64,000 nt of DNA, taken from NCBI GenBank assembly GCA_008690995.1, contig VRMN01000002.1, positions 1,426,001 to 1,490,000 on the forward strand, given 5' to 3'. The notes beneath the pieces were generated by a model that made no database searches, was not told where the DNA came from, and saw only the letters and a program-made list of their open reading frames with translations. This DNA is from Porphyridium purpureum (Eukaryota). The translations under genes and the position numbers were made by a program. Numbering within the stretch: the stretch's first letter is position 1; each line of letters opens with the position of its first letter. Shown here in pieces: positions 51,456 to 62,710 of the stretch.

Positions 51456-53576
51456 TCAGTCAAAAAGCGCCCTGTGCAGATAGGCAAACTCAAGCGCAGT
51501 GCGCTTTGCTCGTTCGAGCTGCGTCGTTGCAGCCGCATGACCTCCATCAATGTTTTCATAGTACAGAAACGCAAGCCCCTTTTCTTCGAATCGACGTGCC
51601 AACTTGCGCGCATGCGCCGGATGTACGCGATCGTCTTTGGTGCTTGTGACAAAAAAGGGCGTGCAGTAAAGCTTGAGCGGATCGAAATTATGATACGGAG
51701 AAATCGTCTCCAGGAACGCACGCTCCTCTGGAATGTCTGGGTTTCCGTACTCATCCACCCATGATGCCCCGGCGAGAAGCAAATGATACCGCAACATGTC
51801 AAGTAAGGGGACCTGGATCACAACTGCATTCCAAAGATCCGGCCGTTGGTTTAGCATGACGCCCATAAGTAAGCCACCATTTGATCCCCCCATGATACCC
51901 AATCGCTCCTGGCAGGTAATATTCTTCGCGACGAGGTCCTCTGCGACCGCGATGAAATCATCGTATATGACTTGGCGTTTCGTTTTCAAACCTGCTTGGT
52001 GCCACTTTGGCCCGTACTCCCCACCCCCGCGAATGTTTGCCAGCGCAAACGCGCCGCCCTTTTCCAACCATAGTTTCCCAATCACGGGGCGATAGCTCGG
52101 GCCCATTGAAATCTGAAAGCCGCCGTATCCGTACAGCAAGGTGGGCGTGCTGCCATCCTCGGGAATGTCAGTGCGGCTTACAAGGAAGTAAGGCACAGCG
52201 GTGCCATCTTTCGACTGGACGAAGAACTGCCGACAATAAAGTGAAGAAGCATCGAATTTGGATGCCAATCGTTTGAGTAACCGAAGCATGTCACAGTCTG
52301 GCTCAAAGGAGAACAACGAATCGGGGGTCAGAAAACCGTCAAACGATACATGGATCACAGGTTCGCGCTTGGACGCAAAGACCACGCTCGTGTTGCCAAT
52401 GCCAGCGCCGTTAAGCTGAATTTCCTTGAATGCGAATCCATTGTTCGGACCGTCGCCGGACATGCATAGTACCTTTTCCGTCGCGTCCTCGGATATGCTG
52501 ATGAGCGCCACATCCCGACTGATAGAGACCCTTGAAATGGCCTGATTTTCTCGCGGGCGCTTAAGAACTCGTACGTAATCAATTTCCTTGTTCTCCAAAA
52601 AATGTGCGATGTGGAAGCCGACAAGATCTCCTGATGCAAACTCGACCGACTCGTCCGAGGTCCCAGATATGGACTCGCCGCGAGCAGCCCAATCTTGCTC
52701 CAGAGAAATGAGCATGACACCCCGATAGACGCCATGCATAGAGCACTTTGGTGGCAAAGGGAACTTGACGGGCTTCTCGTGGTCATCGGCATCCAGCATC
52801 CAGTACGTGGAAGTGAAAAACGTATCGGCCTGCACGGCGAGCGGCACAAGTCTGCCATCGTCGAGCTCGAAAGTCGACGCTTGAACCGTGACGTCGGTCT
52901 TCTTGCCCCGGATTACTTCGACCGCTTCTTCCAGCGGACTTCCCCGCTTCCAGCGCTTCACCACGTACGGATAGCCGCTTTCCGTGACGGAGTCGCCGTC
53001 TCCCCAGTCAGTGGCCACCAGCAGGGTGTCCTGATCCAACCACGCACAGCTCTGCTTTGCCTCCGGCAAGATGAAGGCATCCTTTGTACGATCGACAAAC
53101 TGACCTGTCTCAATGTCAAACTCGCGCTTGGTGACGGCATCCTTGCCGCCATTGGACAGCGAAACTAGACACTTCACCACGGACGGATTCTCGACCGACA
53201 CGAACACATTAGATCCTTTGAACACCCAGTTGCGGTCCTCCGCTTTGGCTAAAGCGTCGATGTCCAAGATTGTCTGCCATTTTGGCTCAGGCAGCTCGTA
53301 CTCGTGAAGTGATGTGCGGCGCCAAATCCCTTTGACGTGGGTCTCGTCCTGCCAAAAATTGTATATGTAGTCGCCACGCACCACACCATACGGAATCCGG
53401 TCCTGCGACGTCAGGATCGATATCGCCTCCTCCTCTAACGTCGCATAGTAATGTTCCGCCTGGAGAATTCTCAGCGAACGTTCGTTCTGCGCCTTGACCC
53501 AATCCAATGCGCGCTCGCCTTCGACCTCTTCCAACCACAGGTGCCTCTCCTCCAAGGCGACTTCCGCCTCCTCCAT
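51456..53576 (-). CDS. Prolyl oligopeptidase (peptidase S9A)
   Basis: LYGYGGF, ANIRGGGEYG, GGSNGG (catalytic Ser), DDRVHP (Asp) and GGH (His). Confidence 0.94.
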   Translation of the reverse strand: MEEAEVALEERHLWLEEVEGERALDWVKAQNERSLRILQAEHYYATLEEEAISILTSQDRIPYGVVRGDYIYNFWQDETHVKGIWRRTSLHEYELPEPKWQTILDIDALAKAEDRNWVFKGSNVFVSVENPSVVKCLVSLSNGGKDAVTKREFDIETGQFVDRTKDAFILPEAKQSCAWLDQDTLLVATDWGDGDSVTESGYPYVVKRWKRGSPLEEAVEVIRGKKTDVTVQASTFELDDGRLVPLAVQADTFFTSTYWMLDADDHEKPVKFPLPPKCSMHGVYRGVMLISLEQDWAARGESISGTSDESVEFASGDLVGFHIAHFLENKEIDYVRVLKRPRENQAISRVSISRDVALISISEDATEKVLCMSGDGPNNGFAFKEIQLNGAGIGNTSVVFASKREPVIHVSFDGFLTPDSLFSFEPDCDMLRLLKRLASKFDASSLYCRQFFVQSKDGTAVPYFLVSRTDIPEDGSTPTLLYGYGGFQISMGPSYRPVIGKLWLEKGGAFALANIRGGGEYGPKWHQAGLKTKRQVIYDDFIAVAEDLVAKNITCQERLGIMGGSNGGLLMGVMLNQRPDLWNAVVIQVPLLDMLRYHLLLAGASWVDEYGNPDIPEERAFLETISPYHNFDPLKLYCTPFFVTSTKDDRVHPAHARKLARRFEEKGLAFLYYENIDGGHAAATTQLERAKRTALEFAYLHRALFD

Positions 53577-54122
53577 CCTTCTTTATGGGTGCGCCTGATC
53601 CGACCACAGATCGTGCCGTGCGCCGCCGAAAGCTAGCGTAGCGCCGTCGCCACAAACTTTGAGACCTAAAAGACGCCTGCAGCCTTCTTCTCCTCCAGGT
53701 AACAAGTTCCTCTCACGTCTGTAGAGCGAGATATTCGTGACAGCAATGGGACAAAGGAACAGCAACTTGTGAGCGAAACGATTCCTTTCGGAGCTGGTCT
53801 GTCAAGGTGTATGTTCCATGAGCTTCCGGTGAGGTGGAAGAGAAGAGGCAAGGGAAATCTAGGCGCTGGTGTGAAGCCCGCGCCCATATAAAGCCGATTT
53901 CAGCTCGTGGAGTGACTGACGTGTGACTTTATCCACTGGCTGGACTGCAGGAACCTTTTTACCTCAAAAAGAGGAAGAAGGACGGCTTCCGCGGTGGGTC
54001 ACGCCTGACATTGGACACGGGTCCTCCGCCTGATCAAGACCACCTTCTGACGCGTTTCTCGGGACGTCCGTATCAAGAAGGATCGCGTTTTGTCGTCCAG
54101 AACGACAGTCACTTGGATAGGA

Positions 54123-55040
54123 ATGATGGCGTTTGTTTCTTCTGCGTGGGCACATCCCACCGATTGTCGAGTAGAATCCTCGCGCCGCGTGTGGTGCAGT
54201 GCGCCGAACCGTTCGATGGCCGCGAAAGCGCGGACAACGCGATGTGTTTCGCTGAAGATGAACGGCGAGGCTGGAGACGCACCTTTGACTCTGCCACCTC
54301 GAGATTACCCGCAGCTGTACGTGCAGAGTTTGGAAGCGATCCGTGCGGCGTTGAAGGAAAAAGTGCAGTTTCTTGAGCTCGAATTCCCTGCGCTCAGAAA
54401 TATGGCCACGTCGGCACTGAACCAGATTGCGGACGCGAACCGCGAACACGCCAGGGCATTGGCTACTGCGCTGGCTGCAGACAAAGATGCAGGTACTGTG
54501 TGCCTAGTGTTCCCTGATGCGAAGGAGGCTGCACTCGCCACCAAGGTTTTCGGAGAAAGCACGGTTCTTCCGTTTGAAGTTGGCAGTCTTGCAGCAGCAG
54601 CGACAATGCAGGCCGAGCGTGAGCAGCCTGCAGGATCCACGCGCACGCTGTTCGTTGTGGTAAACCCGGGCTTCAACATCGAAGAGTGGCTGCAGCTCGA
54701 GTCTTTACATCTTGGACACCCTTCTGATCCCATTCTCGTGATCAACGGCGGGATGGACCGCGTGCGCAGCGGCTACTACCCGCGCTTATTCTACCCAAAG
54801 CTCCATCAGACCAAGGATCGCTTTCTGTGCAAGTTTGAACCGGTCTTCTTTTACAAGCCGTTTGGCAGTGGACTGGGCACGTTGTACCGCAAATTCCCAG
54901 CCGACTGGCAGACACTCTTCCATGTCAAGGACGGCGGCGGCTACCGTCTGCTGTCTCAGGACGCTCAACGCCCCGAGTATAAAGTGGTGGAGCAGAACTT
55001 CCGCGCAGAGTCCATTGCCGTCTACCAGAAGCGGACCTAG
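54123..55040 (+). CDS. DUF1995 protein, LPA3-like, plastid-targeted
   Basis: MMAFV transit peptide. PRDY, LELEFP, FNIEE and NGGMDRVRSGYYPRLFYPKL resemble plant LPA3. Confidence 0.75.
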   Translation: MMAFVSSAWAHPTDCRVESSRRVWCSAPNRSMAAKARTTRCVSLKMNGEAGDAPLTLPPRDYPQLYVQSLEAIRAALKEKVQFLELEFPALRNMATSALNQIADANREHARALATALAADKDAGTVCLVFPDAKEAALATKVFGESTVLPFEVGSLAAAATMQAEREQPAGSTRTLFVVVNPGFNIEEWLQLESLHLGHPSDPILVINGGMDRVRSGYYPRLFYPKLHQTKDRFLCKFEPVFFYKPFGSGLGTLYRKFPADWQTLFHVKDGGGYRLLSQDAQRPEYKVVEQNFRAESIAVYQKRT

Positions 55041-55467
55041 ACGCCCATGAGAAATTACACGCCAAATTCCCACAAACGCCTCGGATCGTAACCAAGCTGT
55101 ACTTTATAGAGGTACAGCGCACTGATCTCGGCGGTTTCGCAAACGCTGAGCGCGAGTGCGAGCAGGAACAGGAGCAGTGAGCAGGTCTTTGAATGTGGCC
55201 TGCGGGCGGAGTCGAAATCCTTCGGGCGGTGTTAGGCACAGCAATGACGGATGCTAGAACAATGTTTTGCCAGCCAGGCGCCAGATATGAATGGCACCCA
55301 CGCTCGTGACTTTAAAACGTCGAGTCGCTCGAGTGGAGATATGCCGAGCAAACTCTCGACAGTGATTACCTTCAAGGGATAAAGAAGAAACAAAAGGGTG
55401 GCTCTCATTTTGAGGTGATTGATAGGATTTGCTGCGCTCCGGTTTGGTGCGCTCTTCGTGCTTCGCC

Positions 55468-58400
55468 ATGAGCAACGCGCACGAACAGCCGGATGTACTG
55501 CCGCACGAGGAGAAAAGTGAAGATGGCGGCACCGTGCAGGACGTGCAGAACTCGTTCCGGACTGAGCAATCGCATTCGTTTCTGAAAAAGATGACAGAAT
55601 GGCTTACAAAGCGCAAGACAAACCAGGGAAATAAGTCTTCCGCACAGGAGGAGGCGTCGCCCACGATTAAACCGCTCAAGTATCGACATTTGTTTCGCTA
55701 CGCGGATCGATACGACAAGATATGTATCTTCTTTGGATTCTGGGCTGCAGCGTGCCATGGTGCGTGCCTGCCCTTATTCACTATTATTTTTGGCGACGTC
55801 ATAGACCAGCTTGGGGAAACTAGCGATCCTTCAGCCTACGACCCGGACCTTTTTCTCGACCAAATGCGAACCTCGGCCATTTGGTTCGTGGTCATAGGTT
55901 GCGTTGCTTTCGTGTTCGCTGGCTTTCAGGTGGGTTTGTTCATGTTTTCTTCCGCCCGCCAGGGCAACCGCATTCGGAAAAAGTACGTGCGTGGCGTCTT
56001 TTCGCAGGAGATGGCATACTTTGACGCCCACGAGTCTGGCGAGCTGACAAGCAGGGTGGCGGGTGATGTGGGCATCATCACGAGTGGATTTGGAGACAAG
56101 CTTGGTAGTTTTATCCAGTTCTACTCGACGTTTTTAGTTGGCTTGATCATCGGATTCGCGTACGGCTGGAAACTGACGCTCGTCATCTTGTCGACGACTC
56201 CACTGCTCGTGCTATCTGGTGCGCTCTGGGCAAAGTTCTCAGCCGACGCCACTGTGGAAGGCCAAGCGGCGTATGCGAGTGCTGGTGCGATCGCTGAGGA
56301 AGTATTTTCGCTCATTCGCACCGTGGTTGCATTTGGAGGCGAAGAACGCGAAATGGAGCGCTATAATGTCGAGCTCGGTGCGGCGTACAAGGTGGGCGTC
56401 AAGCGATCAGCGATGGGTGGTGTTGCCATCGGACTGACCATGTTCATAATATTCAGCTCGTACGGACTCGGCTTTTGGTACGGCAATGAGCTCGTTCAAC
56501 GTGGTGAGATGACGGCCGGACGGGTGCTCACCGTGTTCTTTTCAGTAGTGATCGGGGCAATGGGGCTTGGCCAAGCAGCACCAGCTCAGACTGCATTCGC
56601 CGCTGCACGTGGCGCCGCGCCGCGCGTGTTTGAAATGATTGAACGTGTGCCGTTGATCGACAACTTTAGCACAGATGGAGAAATACTCGACAGTGCTAGC
56701 TTTGAAGGTGATTTGGAGTTCCGCAATGTGAAGTTTACGTACGCTTCGCGCCCAAATGAGATGATCTTAAACGACATGTCGTTCAAGGTGAACCCTGGGC
56801 AGACGCTTGCGCTCGTGGGTAGCAGTGGATGCGGCAAATCAACAAGCATTGGACTCATTGAACGCTTTTATGACGTGCTCGAAGGTGAGGTTTTGATGGG
56901 TAATAAGGATGTGCGCACCATCAATGTGCAGTCACTGCGCAATCAGATTGGCTTAGTAGGTCAAATGCCGACCCTCTTTGCAGTCTCAATTCGTGAAAAT
57001 ATCGCACTGGGTGCAGGGTTTGAAGTTGTGGAGCAAGAGCAGCGTCATGTTGATGGCTCGGAAGGAGACCTTTCTCCAAAGTGCGTCTTTCGACGCAAGG
57101 TAGTGAGTTTTGAGGAAATTCAGGAAGCGGCCAAAAAGGCGAATGCGCATGAGTTCATCATGCGGATGCCGGAACAGTACGATACCATCCTGGGTCAGCG
57201 CGGCGCACTCTTATCCGGCGGTCAGAAACAGCGCGTGGCCATCGCGCGCGCGTTGGTGCGTGACCCGAAAATTCTCCTGCTCGATGAAGCAACGAGTGCC
57301 TTGGACACGAAATCGGAAAAGACCGTACAGGCTGCAATCGAGGCGGCCGCCAAGGGTCGCACGACGGTGGTGATTGCTCATCGGCTGTCGACTGTGAGGC
57401 ATGCTGACATTATTGCGGTGGTTGATGCGGGGCAGATCGTGGAGTCTGGCCCTCACGACGAGCTGATGAAAATTCCTAATGGTCGCTACAAGGATATGGT
57501 TCAAGTGCAGAATATTCAGAGCGAAGAGGACGCAAGAAAGACGAGATCACACGATCGTACGGATGATGACTCGCCCGATGATCCCTTGCAGATGCTGGCG
57601 GAAGAGGACGAGGAGCACGCGATTCTCGCTTCGGCCTACAATCAAGGCAACGCTTGTGGAACGGCCACAGCGCGCTCTCATGCGTCTGAAAAGGAGTCAT
57701 TCATGCAGACTTCAGAAACAGGCGATGCAGGTGAAAATGGGGCGGTACAAAAGCCCGCAGTTGACAGGAATGTCGCGCTGCGCGCGCTGAAGCTAAATAC
57801 GAAAGAATGGTACATTGTTGCGATAGGCGTGCTTGGTGCTGTGATGAACGGGTCATCCTTCCCAGTTTTCGCGCTTATCTTTTCAGAGTTGGTCGTCGTG
57901 CTCACAAAGACGGACAATAGCTCAGACGTGACCTTCTGGGCATGTATGTTTGTCGTGATTGGTGTGGGAACGTGGATCGCCCTATTCCTTCAGGTTTGGA
58001 TGTTTGGTTGGTCTGGTGAGCTCCTCACGCGTCGCGTGCGCAGCATGAGCTTTGCGGCGGTGGTACGACAAGATATTGCATTCTTTGACCACCGCGACCA
58101 TACTGTTGGTGCCCTCTCGACCATGCTCGCGTCCGACGCTAATGCGGCGCGAAGTCTAGCTGGTGATACGCTAGGCGCGGTTGCTGCGTCACTTACAACG
58201 ATTGCGGTGGGCATAATCCTTGCGTTCACGGCCTGCTGGAAGCTGGCTTTCGTGGTGTTGGCGTTTATGCCAGCGATGGTCATTGCGGAGATGCTTCAGG
58301 TCAAGCTGATGACGGGCTTTTCCGATAAGTCTGACAAACAGTTTGCGGAGGCCGGCCGCGTGGCATCCGAGGCCGTTGATAACATCCGAACAATTACGTC

Positions 58401-59517
58401 GCTTGGGCTTGGCGATCACTTCTCCGAATTGTACCGAGAAGAATTACGAGGGCCCGCTCGTCAAGCCCGGAAGTCAGCGTTGGTCACCGGTATCGCATTC
58501 GGATTTAGCATGTTTGTCGAATTCGCGATTTGGGCGGTCTCGTTCTACTATGGCAGCTTGTTGATTGATCGGATGGAGTGCAGTTTTGACGGGGTCATGC
58601 GCGCAATCTCCGCACTCCTTTTTGCAGCAATGCAGCTGGGTCAAGTGTCAGCCACGATGCCGGACCTAGCAAAGGCGAAGGTGGCAGCAACGCGCGTGTT
58701 CCGCTTGATTGATCTGAAGCCCGAAATTGACGCATTCAGCGATGCAGGGAGCAAGCTCGAGTCGGTGGCTGGTGACATTGTGTTTGAGGAGGTCAAGTTT
58801 GAGTATCCGACCCGCAAAGAGGTTCCTGTGCTTCGTGGACTGTCCGTATTCATCGAACATGGTCAGACACTTGCGCTGGTTGGCGAGAGTGGTTGCGGGA
58901 AGTCTACCACAGTCGGTCTTTTAGAGCGCTTTTACAACTACCGCTCTGGTACCATCAAACTTGACGGCGTTCCGCTCACGGACCTGAACGTGCGCTGGCT
59001 GCGTTCTCAAATCGGTATTGTGAGCCAGGAACCAGACCTGTTCAACACAACAATCCGGGAGAATATTTTGTACGGCTTTTCCAAGGACGATATGACCATT
59101 GTAACCGACGACCAGATTGAAAGCGCTGCGGAACTTGCCAACGCGGTTGATTTCATCAAAGGGCTTCCGAACGGCTTTGACGAGCCCGTGGGAGAGCGTG
59201 GCGGTAAATTATCCGGCGGACAGCGACAGCGCATTGCTCTCGCGCGGGCGCTGGTGCGCAACCCGAAAATTCTTCTTCTAGATGAAGCCACGAGCGCACT
59301 AGACTCGCGCAGCGAGCGCGTGGTTCAAGAAGCATTGACTCGAGCGGCGAAGGGCCGAACCACGCTGGTCATAGCCCACCGCCTATCTACCATTGCAGAT
59401 TCCGAGAAGATTGCCGTGGTTCAGCGGGGCCGCATTGTTGAACAAGGCAGCCACGCCGAACTGATGGCCAAACCCGGCAGTCAGTACGCTCTACTGGTGA
59501 AGACTCAACACAGCTAG
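55468..59517 (+). CDS. Full-length ABCB (MDR/P-glycoprotein) transporter
   Basis: TMD-NBD-TMD-NBD layout. Walker A GSSGCGKS/GESGCGKS, LSGGQ twice and LLLDEATSALD twice. Confidence 0.96.
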   Translation: MSNAHEQPDVLPHEEKSEDGGTVQDVQNSFRTEQSHSFLKKMTEWLTKRKTNQGNKSSAQEEASPTIKPLKYRHLFRYADRYDKICIFFGFWAAACHGACLPLFTIIFGDVIDQLGETSDPSAYDPDLFLDQMRTSAIWFVVIGCVAFVFAGFQVGLFMFSSARQGNRIRKKYVRGVFSQEMAYFDAHESGELTSRVAGDVGIITSGFGDKLGSFIQFYSTFLVGLIIGFAYGWKLTLVILSTTPLLVLSGALWAKFSADATVEGQAAYASAGAIAEEVFSLIRTVVAFGGEEREMERYNVELGAAYKVGVKRSAMGGVAIGLTMFIIFSSYGLGFWYGNELVQRGEMTAGRVLTVFFSVVIGAMGLGQAAPAQTAFAAARGAAPRVFEMIERVPLIDNFSTDGEILDSASFEGDLEFRNVKFTYASRPNEMILNDMSFKVNPGQTLALVGSSGCGKSTSIGLIERFYDVLEGEVLMGNKDVRTINVQSLRNQIGLVGQMPTLFAVSIRENIALGAGFEVVEQEQRHVDGSEGDLSPKCVFRRKVVSFEEIQEAAKKANAHEFIMRMPEQYDTILGQRGALLSGGQKQRVAIARALVRDPKILLLDEATSALDTKSEKTVQAAIEAAAKGRTTVVIAHRLSTVRHADIIAVVDAGQIVESGPHDELMKIPNGRYKDMVQVQNIQSEEDARKTRSHDRTDDDSPDDPLQMLAEEDEEHAILASAYNQGNACGTATARSHASEKESFMQTSETGDAGENGAVQKPAVDRNVALRALKLNTKEWYIVAIGVLGAVMNGSSFPVFALIFSELVVVLTKTDNSSDVTFWACMFVVIGVGTWIALFLQVWMFGWSGELLTRRVRSMSFAAVVRQDIAFFDHRDHTVGALSTMLASDANAARSLAGDTLGAVAASLTTIAVGIILAFTACWKLAFVVLAFMPAMVIAEMLQVKLMTGFSDKSDKQFAEAGRVASEAVDNIRTITSLGLGDHFSELYREELRGPARQARKSALVTGIAFGFSMFVEFAIWAVSFYYGSLLIDRMECSFDGVMRAISALLFAAMQLGQVSATMPDLAKAKVAATRVFRLIDLKPEIDAFSDAGSKLESVAGDIVFEEVKFEYPTRKEVPVLRGLSVFIEHGQTLALVGESGCGKSTTVGLLERFYNYRSGTIKLDGVPLTDLNVRWLRSQIGIVSQEPDLFNTTIRENILYGFSKDDMTIVTDDQIESAAELANAVDFIKGLPNGFDEPVGERGGKLSGGQRQRIALARALVRNPKILLLDEATSALDSRSERVVQEALTRAAKGRTTLVIAHRLSTIADSEKIAVVQRGRIVEQGSHAELMAKPGSQYALLVKTQHS

Positions 59518-59729
59518 GACTCGCTTGCAACAAAAACAATAAACGCACCGACTCCAACGCCTTGTCATTGATTTTTCTTCTCTTGTTGCGTGCGCAAAAT
59601 TCGTCAACCGGCCGGGGCGAGGAAGAGGACGAAAAGAGAGACAGGCGCCGGTCGAGTTGGTGTGAGCCCGCGTTTGGTGTTGGTGTTGGTGTTGCCTGAA
59701 GCAAGTGAGCGTCAACGGCTCAGAGAGAG

Positions 59730-61178
59730 ATGGCGTTTGTTGGGCATGTGAACGGATTGGTTGGAGGTCATGGCAGTCACGGAAACGTGCCCGCGGGGTC
59801 GTCGTGCCAGCGTCAAAGTGTGGTGCGCTGCACGCCGCGCACGTCGCGCACGGTTTACATGACGGTGTCCAAGGACGCTGTTGCTGTGCCGACGAATACC
59901 CACGCACCCGCAGCGGTGCAGCCAGGCGAGTCGCACCTGGCTCACGCAGACGCGTACAAGTTTGAAGACTTTGATCAGTACGTTATGAACACGTACGTGA
60001 GGTTCAAGATCGCCATTACCAAGGGCGCAGGATGCAAGTTGTACGATTCGACCGGTAAAGAGTATCTTGACCTGGTCGCCGGCATTGCCACGTGCACGCT
60101 TGGCCACGGCGACGCGAGGCTTGCGAAAACCGTTCAAGAGGTTATGTCCAATGTGCACCACGTCAGCAACCTGTTCTACATTCCGCCTCAAGGTGAGCTC
60201 GCGAAGAAGCTCGCCCAGCGCTCCATTGCGGATCGCGTGTTTTTCTGCAATTCGGGCGCAGAGGCGAACGAGGCAGCGATCAAGTTGACGCGTAAGTACT
60301 TTTTCGCAAAGCCAGAAAACGATGGAAAGGTGCCCGTCATCATTACTGCAAATCAGAGCTTCCACGGTCGGACGCTGGCGACAGTGACAGCCACTGGACA
60401 GGCTAAATATCAGAAGAACTTTACACCGCTCGTGCAAGGATTTGAGTACTGCAATTACAACGACGTTGAAGGCCTCAAGGCGGTTGTGGAAAAGCTTAAG
60501 AACTCATCGACGCACAAGCTTGCCGGAATTATGATGGAAGCACTTCAGGGCGAAGGAGGAGTGGTACCTGCTACGTATCCGTTTCTGCGAACGGCGCGGA
60601 ACCTGTGCGACGACAACGACGCGCTGCTCATTTTCGATGAGGTGCAAGTTGGCGTTGGCCGAACGGGATCGCTGTGGGGATACGAGCAATCTGGGGTGTT
60701 ACCGGACGTGTTCACCGTCGCGAAGGGGCTTGCAGGAGGCGTTCCGATCGGTGCAATGCTCTGCCGCGAAAAGTGCAACGTGTTCAAGCCGGGCGAGCAT
60801 GCATCCACGTTTGGCGGCAACTTTCTAGCCACGTCCTGCGGCCTGACGGTGTTCAATGCGCTGTTTGAAGGCAACGTGCTTGAGAACGTGAAGCAGCGCG
60901 GCGCCCAGCTCAAGGCAGGCCTGCTGGAACTCCAAGCCAAGTACCCCAGCGTGGTGGAAGAGTGCCGCGGCATGGGCCTCATCCAGGGAGTCCAGCTCAA
61001 ATCGAGCGCCGGCTTCACCAGCATCGACATTGTGGGCAAAGCCATCGAAAAGGGGGTGCTATTTGTGCCCGCAGGACCATCGGTGCTGCGCATGGTCCCT
61101 CCACTTGTCATTTCCGCGGCCGAAATTGCTCAGGGCCTGAGCACACTAGACGCCGTGTTCGCAGAGCTGTCCAAGTGA
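59730..61178 (+). CDS. argD: Acetylornithine aminotransferase, plastid-targeted
   Basis: MAFV transit peptide. YLDLVAGIA, FFCNSGAEANEAAIK, SFHGRT, QGEGG, FDEVQVGVGRTG, AKGLAGG and HASTFGG. Confidence 0.94.
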   Translation: MAFVGHVNGLVGGHGSHGNVPAGSSCQRQSVVRCTPRTSRTVYMTVSKDAVAVPTNTHAPAAVQPGESHLAHADAYKFEDFDQYVMNTYVRFKIAITKGAGCKLYDSTGKEYLDLVAGIATCTLGHGDARLAKTVQEVMSNVHHVSNLFYIPPQGELAKKLAQRSIADRVFFCNSGAEANEAAIKLTRKYFFAKPENDGKVPVIITANQSFHGRTLATVTATGQAKYQKNFTPLVQGFEYCNYNDVEGLKAVVEKLKNSSTHKLAGIMMEALQGEGGVVPATYPFLRTARNLCDDNDALLIFDEVQVGVGRTGSLWGYEQSGVLPDVFTVAKGLAGGVPIGAMLCREKCNVFKPGEHASTFGGNFLATSCGLTVFNALFEGNVLENVKQRGAQLKAGLLELQAKYPSVVEECRGMGLIQGVQLKSSAGFTSIDIVGKAIEKGVLFVPAGPSVLRMVPPLVISAAEIAQGLSTLDAVFAELSK

Positions 61179-61445
61179 GCATGTGAGTGTACCTCCGTGC
61201 ATTATGCAGTCCATGACGAGGTACAGTGAAATGCCGTCCGTGAAATAAATAATCCAGAAGCGTACATTTTCGCGTTATTTTAATCTTTACTTTTAAGGGT
61301 ATTTTTATTTTGTGCGTTTGGAGGCGGACGGGAGAAACTCGCTCCGAGCGAATTGGCGGTGCGGCATCTCTCGGCTGGTGCGGATGGAATTGGCGAGCGT
61401 GATCGTTTGCGCCGAGTATAGAGGTGGGCGTGGCCGGGTTTCGCG

Positions 61446-62426
61446 ATGCAGAACGCTCTGAGACAGTACGCCGCAGTCGCCGCGAAGCACTGGCGGCGCT
61501 CGGTCGCGCAGACGGCGACAGCGCAGCAGGGCCAAAATCAGTTGCGCCAAAAGCCGCTGGGCGCGCCCAGCGCGACGTCCACCACGTACACGCGCTTCCG
61601 CGCGCAGCGAGCTGAAGATGAGGCTCGCTTTGTGCGCACCCGCAGGAAACTCGCGTATGGTATGATCAGCTTCATAGGCGGCTTGTTTGTCGCCAGGCAC
61701 ACGGAGCGAGCGCCATACACTGACCGCCTGCGCTTCCTGGCCATGAATCCCAAGACGGAGAATACAATCGGACTCAACCAGTGGAATGAAATCAAGACGC
61801 AGTTCCACGGGAAGATTCTCTCAAACCGTGATCCGTACACACGGCTCGTCGAACGGGTCGGTTCCAAGATCGCACAGGCTACGGGGATCAAGAACTTTGA
61901 GTGGGAGTTTATCGTCATAGATAGCCCGGAAGTCAACGCATTTTGTTTGCCAGGAGGCAAAGTCGCCGTGTTCCGAGGGCTGCTGGATGAAATCATACAA
62001 AACGAAGACGAACTGGCTGCAGTACTAGCGCATGAGATCGGGCATGCACGTCAAAGACATGGCGCGGAGAAAATGGGCACAGTGCAAATCCTCTTAATTG
62101 TGCAGCTCTTCCTATGGGCCGTTCTTGACCTCCGTTTCATTACGGACCCGTTGATCCATTTCATCGGCACGCTTCCCTTTTCGCGCAAATTGGAAAACGA
62201 GGCAGACTATGTGGGCCTCATTTTGATGACGGAGGCTTGTTACGACCCGCACGCCTCGCCAGATGTTTTTCGGAAGATGGGAGAATATTCTCGCAAGCGT
62301 GGCCAGGCACCACCCGAGTACTTGTCTTCGCATCCCAGCGACGCGTCCCGAGTCAAGCGCATTGAAGCTGATATTCCAGAAGTCCAAGCAAAGTACGGCG
62401 CAAGTTGTCCCATTCGGTACTATTGA
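61446..62426 (+). CDS. OMA1: OMA1-like M48 metalloprotease
   Basis: NAFCLPGGKVAVFRGLL, AAVLAHEIGH, FSRKLENEADYVG and YLSSHP, with an Arg-rich mitochondrial-type presequence. Confidence 0.88.
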   Translation: MQNALRQYAAVAAKHWRRSVAQTATAQQGQNQLRQKPLGAPSATSTTYTRFRAQRAEDEARFVRTRRKLAYGMISFIGGLFVARHTERAPYTDRLRFLAMNPKTENTIGLNQWNEIKTQFHGKILSNRDPYTRLVERVGSKIAQATGIKNFEWEFIVIDSPEVNAFCLPGGKVAVFRGLLDEIIQNEDELAAVLAHEIGHARQRHGAEKMGTVQILLIVQLFLWAVLDLRFITDPLIHFIGTLPFSRKLENEADYVGLILMTEACYDPHASPDVFRKMGEYSRKRGQAPPEYLSSHPSDASRVKRIEADIPEVQAKYGASCPIRYY

Positions 62427-62710
62427 TTGAAGTCGTCCCGTGCGACAGCAACTGGACGTCGTACGCATGTGCATCAGATGCAGGATGTGCAACGAGCCTC
62501 GTAAAATGTGCTGTGATTGCGGTTTCAGCTCGCGTGTATTCTGCGCAGGTGCTCGGAAACTACCACGGACAGCGACTGACGGCTCATGTTTGATGCTTTC
62601 TTTGGAAGCACAATCAAATCAGTGGGTTGCTCGCAACATGGCTCGGATGCTGGTGTTAAAGTTTGACCAGTACAGTATCACATGACGATATGCATGTTTG
62701 TCGGTCAGAC

